Source: Takakia lepidozioides
Lineage: Eukaryota > Plantae > Bryophyta
Length of the DNA: 64,000 nt
Reading direction: 5' to 3'
Assembly: GCA_030704615.1 (NCBI GenBank)
Contig: CM060733.1
Span: 46,376,001 to 46,440,000, forward strand
The translations under genes and the position numbers were made by a program. Position 1 is the stretch's first letter. Every line of letters begins with the position of its first letter. This document shows, one piece after another, positions 49,401-62,458 of this stretch. The notes beneath the pieces are model-generated. The model was given only the letters and a program-made list of their open reading frames with translations. It was not told where the DNA came from and made no database searches.

Positions 49401-52400
49401 GATGTGAGTCTCAACCCCCTTTGCTGTCCTTCTCTCCTCAGGGGTTGACCTGTAGTATTCCAGTTTGCCACGCTCCCCTGCATCTGCAATGTCTTGCTGC
49501 AAGGGAATGCACGAGAGTTGCATGAACCGAAGGGCAAGGGAAACAAACAGAAACAAACATGTGGAAGCAGGACTATGGAAAGGGCAAATGAAGGAAGATG
49601 TATCTCACCGTGTACATGTACTCCATGAAGCCTCGCGTGTCAACGAGTACCACGTTTCCGATGTCTTGGAGCTTTCGCACTTCTTGTACGTCTCCGCTGA
49701 AAGGATGGTCTTGAAGTTGGTCAAGGGCATCTGCCCGATCCTTTGTATCCTATACAGTGTGTGAACCAGACTCGTTTTGACATGCGATGTCTCCGTTCCT
49801 CTGCAGAATGATATCTGAAAGTCAGAATGAAATTCAAGGACTTTAATCAAAGAACAAAGGAACTGCAAGTGGAACAGGTAGAATGAGAAACCAACCTGTT
49901 CACATCATTCATTGCCGTCAGAAGACCCATCATGTTCCCCTCACAATCCAGCACCATCGATCGAACAGAGTAATGCCACTCTTCCTCCTGTGAGTGCAGC
50001 CTCCCAATAACAGCCATCCATGCAAGCAATCGGTGGTTCCCATCCCAAACGTGAAACATCTTCCCCGAGAATGCCTGGGTGGAAGGTTTCCTGGAGAGAA
50101 GAAGTTCGAAGGATTTGTTCACCTGTCTCCAAATAGGATCCCAGGAGTCCACGATTGACTCATCCACAAGGAGCTCATTGCCTGTGGAATCATTTGTACA
50201 AACGTAAAACATTGCGGATCCATCCAAATACCCATGAACAAACTCGGCCTCTAGCTTGAGAATGTCCTTGATGAGGGGTGGTCGAACGACGGGCATGGAA
50301 ACCATCCTACACAGGGGAATCTTCAACCTCCCACCCGGGGCAAGCACACTTTGCACCACAAGCTGAGAGTTTACCTTCTGACCCCCCAGCATCTCAGCGG
50401 CTTTGCTTTCATAGAACTCATCATCAACATCAACAATGATATCCTTCCCCAGTCCCGAAGGGATCTCCTCCGCCACACTTTGCATCTTCTCCTGCAGGGT
50501 TGTCCATTCAAATTGACATAAGAGTGAGGCATTAGACGATGGTGTTTGAGCAAGGCAAACAGGCCATCTGTGGTAGAAAAGGTGAGCTCAAACAGTGTGC
50601 GTTGACGCACACTGTTTGAGGTGCAAGGTAAGTGTTCATTGAACCGTAAGTTTTGAAAGAACACTGTTTGAGCTGCCAGATAAGTGTTCATCTGTCCTCA
50701 GAGACATGCCCTATGTGGCCCATTCTCAAATGAAAAAGGCAATGATAAGGGCAGCTCAAACAGTGTGCGCCAACGCACACTGTTTGAGCTGCCAGGAATA
50801 GTGATGATTCAACCACTAATTCAAACCCTATGTGGCCAATTTTCAGATGACAAGTGCAATGACATGGTAGCTCAAACAGTGTGCGTTGACGCACACTGTT
50901 TGAGCTGCCATGCAAGTGATGATTGAACCTCCGAGACCTGCCCTGTATTGCCGAATTTCACAGGGGAAAAACAAAGAGAAGGTGTGCTCAAACAGTGTGC
51001 GGCAACGCACACTGTTTGAGCTGCCAGATAAGTGTTCATCTGTCCTCAGAGACATGCCCTATGTGGCCCATTCTCAAATGAAAAAGACAATGATAAGGGC
51101 AGCTCAAACAGTGTGCGCCAACACACACTGTTTGAGCTGCCAGGAATAGTGATGATTCAACCACTAATTCAAACCCTATGTGGCCAATTTTCAGATGACA
51201 AGTGCAATGACATGGCAGCTCAAACACGCACACTGTTTGAGCTGCCATGCAAGTGATGATTGAACCTCCGAGACCTGCCCTGTATTGCCGAATTTCACAG
51301 GGGAAAAACAAAGAGAAGGTGTGCTCAAACAGTGTGCGGCAACGCACACTGTTTGAGCTGCCAGATAAGTGTTCATCTGTCCTCAGAGACATGCCCTATG
51401 TGGCCCATTCTCAAATGAAAAAGGCAATGATAAGGGCAGCTCAAACAGTGTGCGCCAACGCACACTGTTTGAGCTGCTAGGATAGTGATGATTCAACCTC
51501 AAATTCAAACCCTATGTGGCCAATTTTCAGATGACAAGTGCAATGACATGGCAGCTCAAACAGTGTGCGTTGACGCACACTGTTTGAGCTGCCATGCAAG
51601 TGATGATTGAACCTCCGAGACCTGCCCTGTATTGCCGATTTTCACAGGGGAAAAACAAAGACAAGGTGTGCTCAAACAGTGTGCGGCAACGCACACTGTT
51701 TGAGCTGCCAGATAAGTGTTCATCTGTCCTCAGAGACATGCCCTATGTGGCCCATTCTCAAATGAAAAAGGCAATGATAAGGGCAGCTCAAACAGTGTGC
51801 GCCAACGCACACTGTTTGAGCTGCCAGGATAGTGATGATTCAACCTCAAATTCAAACCCTATGTGGCCAATTTTCAGATGACAAGTGCAATGACATGGCA
51901 GCTCAAACAGTGTGCGTTGATGCACACTGTTTGAGCTGCCATGCAAGTGATGATTGAACCTCCGAGACCTGCCCTGTATTGCCGAATTTCACAGGGGAAA
52001 AACAAAGAGAAGGTGTGCTCAAACAGTGTGCGGCAACGCACACTGTTTGAGCTGCCAGATAAGTGTTCATCTGTCCTCAGAGACATGCCCTATGTGGCCC
52101 ATTCTCAAATGAAAAGGCAATGATAAGGGCAGCTCAAACAGTGTGCGCCAACGCACACTGTTTGAGCTGCCAGGATAGTGATGATTCAACCTCAAATTCA
52201 AACCCTATGTGGCCAATTTTCAGATGACAAGTGCAATGACATGGCAGCTCAAACAGTGTGCGTTGACGCACACTGTTTGAGCTGCCATGTAAGTGATGAT
52301 TGAACCTCCGAGACATTCCCTGTATTGCCGAATTTCACAGGGGAAAAACAAAGACAAGGTGTGCTCAAAGAGTGCCCAATTTGGCCGTTTTGGCTACACT

Positions 52401-52960
52401 TTTTGAGCTTCTTGTTCGCGGTTGATGCAACCTGCAGAGATGCCGTGTGCAGTCTATGTTCATATCGACATAGAATCTCAACTTGGGTTCACATCAGCAA
52501 TGAAGCACAAAGATGGGTTCCAAAGATTGAACTTTTTTTTTGGCTGCTCCAGAAGACTCCCCAATCGCCAGGGGCCCTTTGCGCTTCGGACTGCTCTCCA
52601 CGCCTCTCGTGTTCTGGAGCATCTCCCCCATCCTCTCTTCCACTATTAGGTTCTTCGTGAGGCCAGCGTCAACATCATCTTCGGCGTCTGCCTCTCCCTC
52701 GGATGCAGTGTCCTCCTCATCTGTTCTTGGAACTATGGCAGGCTGCTAGTCTTCCCCGGATTCCTGCTCTTCCATCGCCGAACTTGTCTCTTTGCCCTCT
52801 TCTTCCGCCTTTTCCTCTTCGGCCACTCTTTCCATCCTCATTCTATATCTGGCTCTATTCCTGTTTCTAGAGCTCGTGAAGTACAATGATTTCCTTCTCT
52901 TCCTCCTCCGCTGGAAACAAGGGCTCCCCACGATGCCTCTAGAGCTCTCCAGTTTGACGT
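46461..52960 (-). CDS. Multi-exon ParB/Srx + N6/N4-MTase-like accessory gene (homolog of 27960-33417)
   Basis: RRKRRKSLYFTS; RPPLIKDILKLEAEFVHGY...HVWDGNHRLLAW; ELIILDIPDG, FLSDAGVLVL, WRGARERSPAFIQTIVECCT, VLDLSMGTG, SYHACKASARHLFGIEGD; similar exon organisation. Confidence 0.75.
50585..52370. repeat. Intronic higher-order tandem array: about 5 x 347-bp units, each with three 36-50-bp palindromes (GCTCAAACAGTGTGCG-N4-CGCACACTGTTTGAGC)
   Basis: About 15 palindromes at roughly 115-bp spacing. A unit marker occurs at about 50687, 51035, 51372, 51719 and 52066. Example: 51547-51596 is a 24+2+24 perfect inverted repeat. Confidence 0.95.
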
Positions 52961-53805
52961 TTGCAACAAGGGTTGCTATTGCATGTAACCAAAATCAAAA
53001 TAGGACATTGTCAACCGTATTTGGATGCGGGTGTTGTTATTGTGTGCGAACGGAATTCATCCATTTCGGCGTCTTTGTATTATTCAAGAAATAAAGTGCC
53101 AGAAAATATGTGCATACGTTGCATGTACTTGTGATATATGTCAGATGTACTTCGCCGCCTGCCAATATATGGCGGCCTTCTGGAATGGTTTCAAATTCGG
53201 AAGTGCCGCAGAAATCTAATGCTAGTTCAATTTGGAGCAGTTCTTGCAGATTCCCCATAAATGTTGTGCTTCACATATGCATCCACGTGTTTCGTACTGC
53301 CTGCCCTGTGCTTTGCATTTTGCCGTCATCGTCGCCATGGGGTCATTCGGTATAAAGGGTTGTGTCGGAAATGATCTTGTGTTGCACACATCCGTGCGAG
53401 GTGACTCTTGGAGTGTCAGTGTTTGTGCTGTGCTCTTCTGGCACGGCACGACCTCATTACATTCGGGGTCTTCCTGTTTACTGCTCTCCAGGGTTTTTGC
53501 CGTATTTCCATAAAGGATGGTTTCATGTCATGTTCAGGGTTTGTTTTTCATCCAAAAACAGCACGGCTTCTTGTGGCCTTTTTTATTTGAAAACAGTTTT
53601 TCTAGTTGGTGTCTCTCAGCGTGGTTATCTCTGAAGTTCAGTGCATGTCATTCTTGCATCCTTCTGATGCATCGACCGCAGCCTTTGGGTTACTGCTACC
53701 CTTGTTGACCTCAATTTTTTTGTGGTGGATCCCCTTTCCAGAATTGCGGGCTATCAAATCGGGGATTCCGTTGTGAATCGAAAGTTTTGGTCAGCGTAGG
53801 AAAAC

Positions 53806-56770
53806 ATGTCCAAGGACAGAGATAGACTAGCACGATTTCATTCCAATGCAGGTAGTCTTCCAATGACTGCCACTGCAGACGACGATGGGTTTGCAGTTGT
53901 TCATGAGGATGAGCTGGTTACAGTGTTCCCACTGGAATTGGGTTCTCTGCTTGTTCAAAAGGAGGTGTATGACGAGGATGGGAATTTGGATTTTGGACAT
54001 TTGGAGAAACCATTGGTTGGCGAGTGTGGAAGGAAGTGGAGAGTCCTTCCAGGCACATACCGTGTCCTTGGAAAAGAGAGAAGACAATCAGCAGGATCAG
54101 TCATTACCCCTGGAACTGCAGCATCGGTCGTGCAGCAGAAGGGCACAGTTCATGTGAAAAAAGAGGTGAGCACATCCACTACATTCGTGACTCTTTCAGA
54201 CTCGTCCTCGGAGGATGTTTCTGAGATTCCTCCGCCAGTGCAAACTCCATTCTTGGATGAATCCGAATTGCAAGAGATAACGAGTGTCATTCCAAAATTG
54301 AAAGCCTTCGTAGGGGTGCCTGGGTGCAAGAGCGAGCTGCGTTTTGTTGATTGGGAGTCCCTTCGTGTGCAGCGGGTTCAATACGTGCCAGCAGAGTTTG
54401 ATGGGGACATCTTGTTTGAGCTCAACCCTCCCACGTCTTCCAATGGACTGGCTGGGCTTCTGCAGGGCATGGACAAGAAACATGACGGACACCCTTGGTG
54501 CAGGACAAAAACGTCGAACATCCACAACGACATTGGATTGAAATTTCGAAGGTCGGTTTGCGTTGGGCATTGCAAGTGCCTGAATATAACTTGCCCTCGC
54601 CTGAGAAACAGCGCTCAACCAAACGAGAGTGAGTGGGAAGGTGTGCCATTGAATCCTTTCACCCCAGGACTTGCCCCTCCCAAGACCAATACTTTTGTGT
54701 GCAAGTTCTGCAAACTTTCCCCGTCCTGTGTTTCTGTGTGCCACGCTCGTATGTACCAGGTGGCACACCGGTGCAAAACAATGACTCGTGCCTGCATTCA
54801 TATGGGTGCACACGAGCATCCTGTGTCCAAAGGAAGTTGCAGGGATAGCGTGGACATCGCTAGAAATCTGCTGAAGCAGGAGTTCCACAATGCCCCTTCT
54901 GCAACACCTTCTGCTATAGCGCTTGCAGCTAGCAAGGCTTTCCTGGAAAAACACATATTGGGTGAAGGGGATTCGACACAGCCAATGCTGGATGTAGATT
55001 CGCTTGATGCAGTGATGGACCATTTCTCCGTGTTGAGCTCTCCCAATATTCGGAACCAGGTGAATGCACTCAGAGTCGGCACAGACAATGTTGGATTCAT
55101 GGACAACATTATGGACCTCAAACGGAGAAGTCGCTATGAATTCATTCAAAACAGTACCTTCCCTGGCCAGGGCTCATCCAAGGTTTATTTGTTCAAGATG
55201 TCCGCAGTGGGCGAAGGCAGTGGTGTTAGCATTGTCCGCCGAATGCAACCTGGAGGAGATTTGGCTAAATGTTGGTTGATGTTTGATCACTGCAAACGGG
55301 TGAAGGGTTGGACAACCATGGCGTGCCATGTGTATGATCCAGCATACCAACGTGTGCTCTCAATAGCAATTTGTGATATGCAGTCGGAGGACACTGAATC
55401 CCAGATGCTCATGTGGAATTCGCTCCTGGCCGTCATGCAGCGCAACGGAATACAGAAGACAAATTTTGCGGGCTTCATGGCTGATAGTGCACAGGAAAAT
55501 TTCAATGCAGTGCGGCGCGTGTTTGGTTCGGGGGATCCTAAGGTCCCAATGGAAAATAGGGAGCGCACATGCCTCTTCCATTGGAGTCAATCTCTGGCAC
55601 GTCATACAAAGCGCTGCATTCGCCCTGACCTTCAGTTGGAGCACAGAAGGCTCTGTCTCAAGTACAAAAATGCCAAATCAATGGTAGAAGCTGAGAGCAC
55701 TTACCAAGCAATCCGGGCTTGGTGGTTCTCCTCTGGTGCTGCTACTGGTATCCACCTGAAGGAGTTGGAGGACTGGTTGGTTTTTTTGGCACTTCAGATA
55801 CAGACAGTGGGGAGCTTTCATGACGACGGTAAGCCTCTCGAATCCCAAAATCAGAAATTTTGCAACATGCCTCTTCATTTGGGATTCTTGGATTGTCGCT
55901 TGAAGAACCTCTTCCGTTTCCTTTCCTTCCTCACATTTCCATGCAATGCCTCGTGCAGGAAATGTCCTTGGAGGACTTGGCCGACATGCCATCCTGTAAT
56001 TTGGCGGAGACTGTTCATAACGCCTGGATGCAGCAATCTACCAAAGCAGGTCGTGACTTGTATGTGGCCACTGCTGATGACATGGTGCGGGCACTCACAC
56101 AACAAACCAGGTACCGCAATTTTCTGATGGGACGGGGTGGAGGCAAGGGCCCCGGTTCGACTTTGTTGATGCTAAGGGCTGCGAGTAGGTCTGGAGACCC
56201 ATCCAAGATGGCCAAAGCTCTGAACAGGTGCACTGAAGGCTCCCCATTGCAATCCAGGCTCCCTCATTTGGAAGGCGAGGAAAGATTTGGATCATGCAAA
56301 AGGAAATTGAACACTCTTCCAGGTTCAGATGGAGATTCTCATCGCCCAGACAGGGTCAACTTCTCTGTGCCAAAGGTGTCTCCAGTGCAGACTAAGTCCT
56401 GTGCCGGCCCCTTCCCAGGTGGGTCCTCCTCCTGTGGAGCAGGTGCAGAACATGCAAGCACAGCAGCAGGAATCCCATTGGAGGAGGTGGTGGCCATGGT
56501 GCAGGAATCTGATTGCATTGATAGTGAGTGGCATATAGAACGCACCCCACCAGGATCTAGAGTTGCTTGCATGGCAATTCGGACCCCCTCTTTCAAGAAA
56601 TGCAAATCAAAAATATGCAAAGGCTCCAGGGGGACTCCAGCTCCAACATTCACAGGGTTGTTCCGACCTTATCATAGTGGGGAGTCAAAGAACCACAAGT
56701 TCTGGTTCTGCCCAGACGATATGGCACGATGCGTCAAGGGAACAGTTCGTCCTTCGGTGATAATGAAAGG
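53806..56770 (+). CDS. MULE-type GCM/DDE transposase (intron about 55829-55958; C-terminal SWIM missing)
   Basis: CVGHCKCLNITC, CKFCK, HEHP, MFDHCKRV, FMADSAQ, CLFHW, CNLAETVHNAW; homology to MULE-1 stops at RPSVIMK. Confidence 0.85.
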
Positions 56771-58080
56771 TGCCACCTTCTGTCAATACGAATGTTACAG
56801 AGACTATTGACAGACCGGAGTCGAGCAGGGCGAATGAAAGGGCCTCAACATTGGTGACTGACACTGCCACTGTTGCATTGGTAGAGTCGGGAGGCAAAAA
56901 TGTAGGCAGTCAATCGTCTTTTGCGACAAAGCTCTGTGATTTGGTTGAGGGATTGCAATTGGTAGCAGCAGAAGCCCTAGATCACGAGGATGTGCAGAAA
57001 AAATTGGCTGATTTGTGTGCATACTGCTACCTTATCGCGGAATCAACAGAAACTGTGGTTTTGGGTCCAAATGAATTTTGATCGCTCCCAAATTTGGCAC
57101 GCACGTTGCATATGGCTACATTGCACGCCCCATTCAAAAACGGAAGGAAAAAAAAATCGTGAGCACATGAAACACAGTCCAACAGGTCCCAAAGCAATAG
57201 CATTGCAGCTTGCATGGGATGATGCGAAGAAGAGAATAGAAGCAGATATAAAGGAACTCAACAAATTCCAGGATCAATGGAAGATGAAAGAGGCTCGTCA
57301 GCACCAGGCTATTGTCGAGAATGATGCAGTCATTGCTACACAAATAGAGCAGATGAGGTCAAAAGAGGCTCGTATCAGTGAATTGGAGAGGCAGTTGGCA
57401 GAGATTACCAAGCAAGTAGCAAAGATGGGGACACAACCGGCCACCATAGTCAATCCTGAGGAACGATATGTAGCTTTGCAGCAAGAATTTGCTTCTTATC
57501 GTGCTGAGCAGCAAGGGGAGATGGATGTGATAGAACAGACCATGAAGGCACAAATGTCTACAACATATCAGAGAGACGATAAGACCTGCAGAAATTGTTG
57601 GACTCAGTGTTTTGCAGGGATGGCATGAGGTGTGCTATGCTTAGAGCCTTAGTCAGGGATACTTGTATGATAGTATTATTTTGCAATTGTTTTTCAATGG
57701 CAGAGAGGAGCCGATTGATTTGGAGGAAGAGTGGGAAGACCCGTGCAACTATTGCATGGAGAATCTGGCCGTGGAGATGGTGGTTAGGGGAGACGTGGCA
57801 GTCGCCCACCCAGAACAGTTTTTGTTTACTGTTGGAGATCATGTCCGTCGCTGTTTTTTGTATTATAAACAGTTGGAAGATAGACTGGAGGTGTTTCGAC
57901 AATCTTACCTCCGCGATAGACACTGGAATCGAGTACATGCTTGTGGCACTAGAAGCATTCGTGTCTTTTCCGAATCGACTGCATGTCCAAAACCACTGAG
58001 GGAACAACTTTGAGATGTTTGTTACTACTGCACAGTCGGATAAATTCGCATTTCTAATGGCGGATAGAAGTTGCATCAAT
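56770..58080 (+). other. Unassigned coding-like fragments (coiled-coil ORF 56990-57628; ORF 57663-58013)
   Basis: Heptad-rich EARISELERQLAEITKQ...; no recognisable domain; abuts the truncated transposase. Confidence 0.35.
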
Positions 58081-58794
58081 GACTACGCAGTCGGCGCAAT
58101 ATTCGCGGCAATTTAATTCAATTACGTAAATTGTTTTTTTTTTAAAACAACAATTACAAGTGGTTTTAAGCACTAGAGAACGACTCTTAACAACTAGGCA
58201 TTCATTGCACACCCTATTCAAAAATGGAATTTTTATAAGTGCTCCACATGGCTCATGACGTGGAATACTTTTAATGTATTTTAGGGCTTGTGTGGCTCGT
58301 AGAGATTGTTCTAATCGTCGGATGTAAAATGATCTAAGGGTGGAAGAGTAACTTTGTCATTTGCCTGAATTTGTCTAAGTGTTGGGAGAGGGATGGAGGC
58401 ATGAGAGAGAGACGAGCAAGTGATGCGAGAAGGACGAAGACCAAATCGAGGCCCATGTCCTGTTGTTGCAAGCGTTTATGGCGTCAAGGGCGCATTATGT
58501 GCAAATGTGGGTTCTTGGCTCCCCTTTGTACCATGATTTGGTATTCTTCCTGATGATCACAAGGTTCTTGGGGGAATCAGCTTGGTCTTAGCAACCCATA
58601 TTTTAATCTCTGCCCGCTCAGCTGCACCGTGGTGGTTCTTACGAACCAATCCCACATTACCTGACTACAGATACAAGCAGCACGCACAAGAGGTCTTCTT
58701 GGGTTCATGGTCAGTCTAATCCGCAATGGGTCATGACACAAGGTAGAGGACAATGTGGTGAGGGCACCTTCTTCTTCGAGCTATTTCAGCTTGT

Positions 58795-59555
58795 TTTGCC
58801 GAGATGTAGCGTCGTGGAGTGCGATGCTTGCAGGGTATGCACAACAAGGACGTGGGATGGAGGCTTTGGAGACCTATGAAGTTGCGAAGGGAGAGTTTGA
58901 TAACATGGCTGAACGAGATGTTGTCTCAAGGAACATGCTGAATCTCGCAAGATATGGCCAGCATGTGTGTGGGATGAGGGCATTGGAGACATATGAGCAA
59001 ATGTTGCGAGAAGGGGTGCAGCCTGACTGGGTCACGTTCATTTGTGTTTGCAATGCATGTGCAAACCTGGCAGCCCTGGTAAAGGGCAAAGAGGTCCATC
59101 GTGACATTGTCAAAGCTGGAACTGTACCAGATGTAACAATACCTCGTCGACATGTATGCCAAACGTGGGAGCATTCCCTTGTGGACAAGGAGTGTTCAAC
59201 AATATGGCTGAGCGAAATGTGGTGTGGTGGAATGTGATGATCGTAGGACATGCACAACATGGGCGGGGATTGCGGGTTTTGGAGACCTATGAGCAAATGA
59301 TGTGAGATTGGGGGTGTACTTATGCAAGATGGACGTCCAGTGGCTTACGGTGAAGCCCGAGCACATTACGGTTGTTTGTGTTTGTAGTGCATGTGCGAGC
59401 GTGTTGGAGAAGGGCAAAGAGGTCCATGGTTGCATTGTCAAAGCTGGAATTGTGGTAGATGTCATTCTGAACATGAATACCCTTCTGGATAGGGAGTGTT
59501 CAACAATATGGTTGAACGAAATGTGGTGTCGTGGAAAGTGATGATCGCAGGACAT
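58795..59555 (+). pseudogene. PLS-class pentatricopeptide repeat gene fragment
   Basis: RDVASWSAMLAGYAQQG.G.EAL, MLREGVQPDWVTFICVCNACANLAALVKGKEVH; frameshifts; cut at 59555 by a TIR. Confidence 0.88.
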
Positions 59556-59630
59556 CAGCGTAGCTACGGCGTGAGCCCAGCCCCGTGAGCCTGGGAGCTG
59601 AGCTCACGCTTCAAGGAAGCGTGAGCGGCA
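59556..59630 (+). mobile_element. Left terminus of a third element of the same MULE family
   Basis: CAGCGTAGCTACGGCGTGAGCC...CGTGAGCC...GCTCACGC resembles 26982 onward; it interrupts a PPR repeat (GGACAT|GCACAA expected from 59246). Confidence 0.6.
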
Positions 59631-60123
59631 CAAATTTGCTGGAGAAGCAGGTCCTATAGGCGAGGATTGCAAGAAGAGGGCCTATTACCGTGGACAAAAC
59701 AAAGGGGGCCACCATGCACCATGTCTACAATGCCTGCACAAAAAGAGTAATATGAAAATATGGCAGAATAGAGCTCAGAATGATTGACACACTCTATTTC
59801 AATTCACAGATAGACGCTTACAATGAATGGCATGTGCATTTGCCCTGGTTCCGTGAACGAAATGTATGTGTTTGTCCTAAATGCAAAGTCTTCACACGGT
59901 AACCTTGAAACCAGTATGGGAAGTGGGCATGGGTCGTATGTGTTCAAAGAGAATTTGGCTGAGCCCTACGTGAGGTGTCCCGCTGCAGAAGGGTGATGAC
60001 TTCTCCGTAGCCTAGTGTGGCTTGGTGAATGAATTGGTCTCTCTTACCGTCGCAGCTGCAAAATCATAGACAAATAAGTTGCACAAAACAAAGTATCGGT
60101 CTTACCAACCCTCCTCTTTGCTA

Positions 60124-60780
60124 CTATCTCCTCATGGTTTCTCCACACACAAATCCTGCCCAATCAATTTGCAGACCCATGAATGTTGCTACCACTGCAT
60201 TGAGTTGTGATGATGCGACATAAATAGCAGCCTTCTTCAGGGCTAACCGGCTCACTGCAAATTTCATCCACTCCATCATTTCAGGATTCGCTGCTTTAGC
60301 AACTGCCCAACCCCCCGTTCGATTGAAAGCATCCTCCTTAAAATGGCTTGCAGGAACAAAAGATTCATCTTTAAAGCCATCAACTTCAATCCCTGCTGAG
60401 GGTAATAGCAAGACCTCTGTTACGGTGCGGGCATCAACAACTATCGACGAGTCTTTCACTATTCCACTCTTTGAGCTAGGATCATAAGAGTTGTAAAACT
60501 GCATCACTAATGACATGCTAGGCTTTGGCAGACCCTTCAAACAAAGAATCAAAAACTCCATCATCTGCATCTGTCTCCACAACGCTTTCTGCTCTCGTTC
60601 ACCCAAAATCATAGAAATGTCACAACTGCTTAATTCTTCTGCCATCATCGAAACCGGCGGTGGCAATGGTTGTGGCACAGCTTTCTTCACCATCGTGACG
60701 GATTGACTTGGAACACTAATTTGCTCCCCAACACTCACTGCACTCAATACTCTCTGTCGCTCAGTACTCTCATTTCTCAC
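60124..60780 (-). CDS. Retrotransposon 3' accessory ORF (Athila ORF1/'plant transposon protein'-like)
   Basis: LVMQFYNSY...VKDSSIVVDARTVTEVLLLP...IDWAGFV; lies downstream of the integrase on the same strand. Confidence 0.55.
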   Translation of the reverse strand: MRNESTERQRVLSAVSVGEQISVPSQSVTMVKKAVPQPLPPPVSMMAEELSSCDISMILGEREQKALWRQMQMMEFLILCLKGLPKPSMSLVMQFYNSYDPSSKSGIVKDSSIVVDARTVTEVLLLPSAGIEVDGFKDESFVPASHFKEDAFNRTGGWAVAKAANPEMMEWMKFAVSRLALKKAAIYVASSQLNAVVATFMGLQIDWAGFVCGETMRR

Positions 60781-61053
60781 TGTGACAGACTATGCGAATT
60801 GCAAGAACACTGGCAGAGAACAAGAAGGATAATAAGAAGAATGGCAAGAAGAGCCCCACTCCTATCTATCGCTCAGGGTAACCTATCTTAATAGTTGGAA
60901 AATACGGAGTCAATGATTAAAACCTAACCGCCACCCCAACATTGTAACAGATTGTACAGCCGACGGCGCAAATATACTCATAATGACAATGCTGACAGAC
61001 ACATACATATTGACACCCCCTCCCACTTAACCTAAATTCTGCCCACATAAACA

Positions 61054-62135
61054 TTATGTCAAGTACAACTTAAGACGATCGCCGTTGATGTGGGTCAGCA
61101 ATGGGTCGCTATTTATGGTAGCCAATTGTATAGAGCCATTTGGAAAAGCTTCCACCACCTGATAGGGCCCGAGCCACCTCATCTTCAATTTACTAGGAAA
61201 TTTTTGAAAACGGCTATCATAAAGAAGGACCAAATCTTGAGCTTTAAAGATCTTGGGCTTACGGCGGCTATCATAATAATCCTTCCGCCGCAATTGGGTG
61301 ACTTCAATGTTCTGTAACGCCTGCCGACGAAGTTCATCCATCTTAACCAATTGCAACAGACGAGCCGATAGGGATGGAACATCGCCCAACCGTTCCTCGA
61401 TAGCTATGCGTAGGGAAGGAATTTCAAGCTCGATAGGCAATATTGCCTATTGTCCATAAACCAACTGGAAGGGAGTAAATCCGGTAGTAACTTTAAATGC
61501 AGTCTGATAGGCCCATAATGCAGAAAATAATTTAGTATCCCAATCGTTGCCAGTACCAGAAATTGTCTTTGTTAAAATACCACAGAGCAACCCATTGGTC
61601 TTCTCCGTCTGACTATTAGCCCGTGGATGATAAGGAGTAGTCTTCCGATGTTTAATGACATATTTGGCAGTCATCTGCTCAATAATAGAATTTAAAAAAT
61701 GTGTATGACGGTCGCTCACAAGCTCTCGAGGACAACCAAATCGAGTAATGATATTCTCATAAAGAAACTACCCCACAACCTTGGCCGTATCGGTGCGAGA
61801 GGCCATAGCTTCAGCCCACTTAGTGACATATTCAGTTGCAACAAGAATATATCGTTTTTGACCATTACGAGAAGCAGGGGCGATAGGTCCAACAAAATCG
61901 ATACCCCACTTCTCAAAAGGTGCTTGTGCAAGGATGGGAACCAAGGGCATAGAACTCGATCGCGTAGGTCTGCCAATACGTTGGCATGCATCACAACGAT
62001 GCACATAAGCAAAAGCATCTTTAAATAGGGTAGGCCACCAATATCCTGCCAATAATACCTTCTGTCCGGTGGCATCCCTTGCAAAATGACCACCACAAGA
62101 ATCGGCATGGCACCCCTCAAGTATGGCACCCCTCA
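61054..62135 (-). pseudogene. Ty3/Gypsy (non-chromovirus) integrase fragment
   Basis: CHADSCGGHF, CDACQR, WGIDFVGP, YVTKWAEA, YHPRANSQTEKTN, TPFQLVYG, WLGPY; stops and frameshifts. Confidence 0.9.
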
Positions 62136-62458
62136 ATCGGCATGGCCGCAAAGAAATAGCAGGTTGCAAAGTGTCCAGGTCCTTAAGTATATCATAATAA
62201 ACCAAGCCCTTAGTTAGTGCCATGACCCTTCTCCGTCGAGACCCCTTGGGGTGTCCTATCTTGCTATCGCAATAATATCGAAGGTATCGCTATATCGATG
62301 AGAAAGATATTAAAAAGTTCTAAAAATTGTCATTAAGTCAGAAATTCCTATTATTCTACATAACCCTACTCCTAATTGTGTAGCGCCCTCGCAAACACTA
62401 TATCTTCTTATGGGTGTGACAGGGTTTGTTATGGGTGTAGATGTGGTCAAAAAGTATT

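Larger units (their letters stand above)
46461..56770. mobile_element. MULE-2: diverged relative of MULE-1, both ends lost or rearranged
   Basis: Same divergent two-gene layout with clearly homologous proteins; no TIR or TSD found. Confidence 0.85.

Noticed and set aside
50371-52316. Many short repeated ORFs
   Set aside because: They are by-products of the palindromic tandem array.
50585-52370. CRISPR array
   Set aside because: The spacers recur in a fixed 3-spacer cycle and are about 70 bp long. The array lies in a spliceosomal intron of a eukaryotic TE, and no cas genes are present.
54196-55149. 317-aa minus-strand ORF (also 36286-36996 and 34770-35381)
   Set aside because: These are antisense shadows of the transposase with no recognisable motifs.
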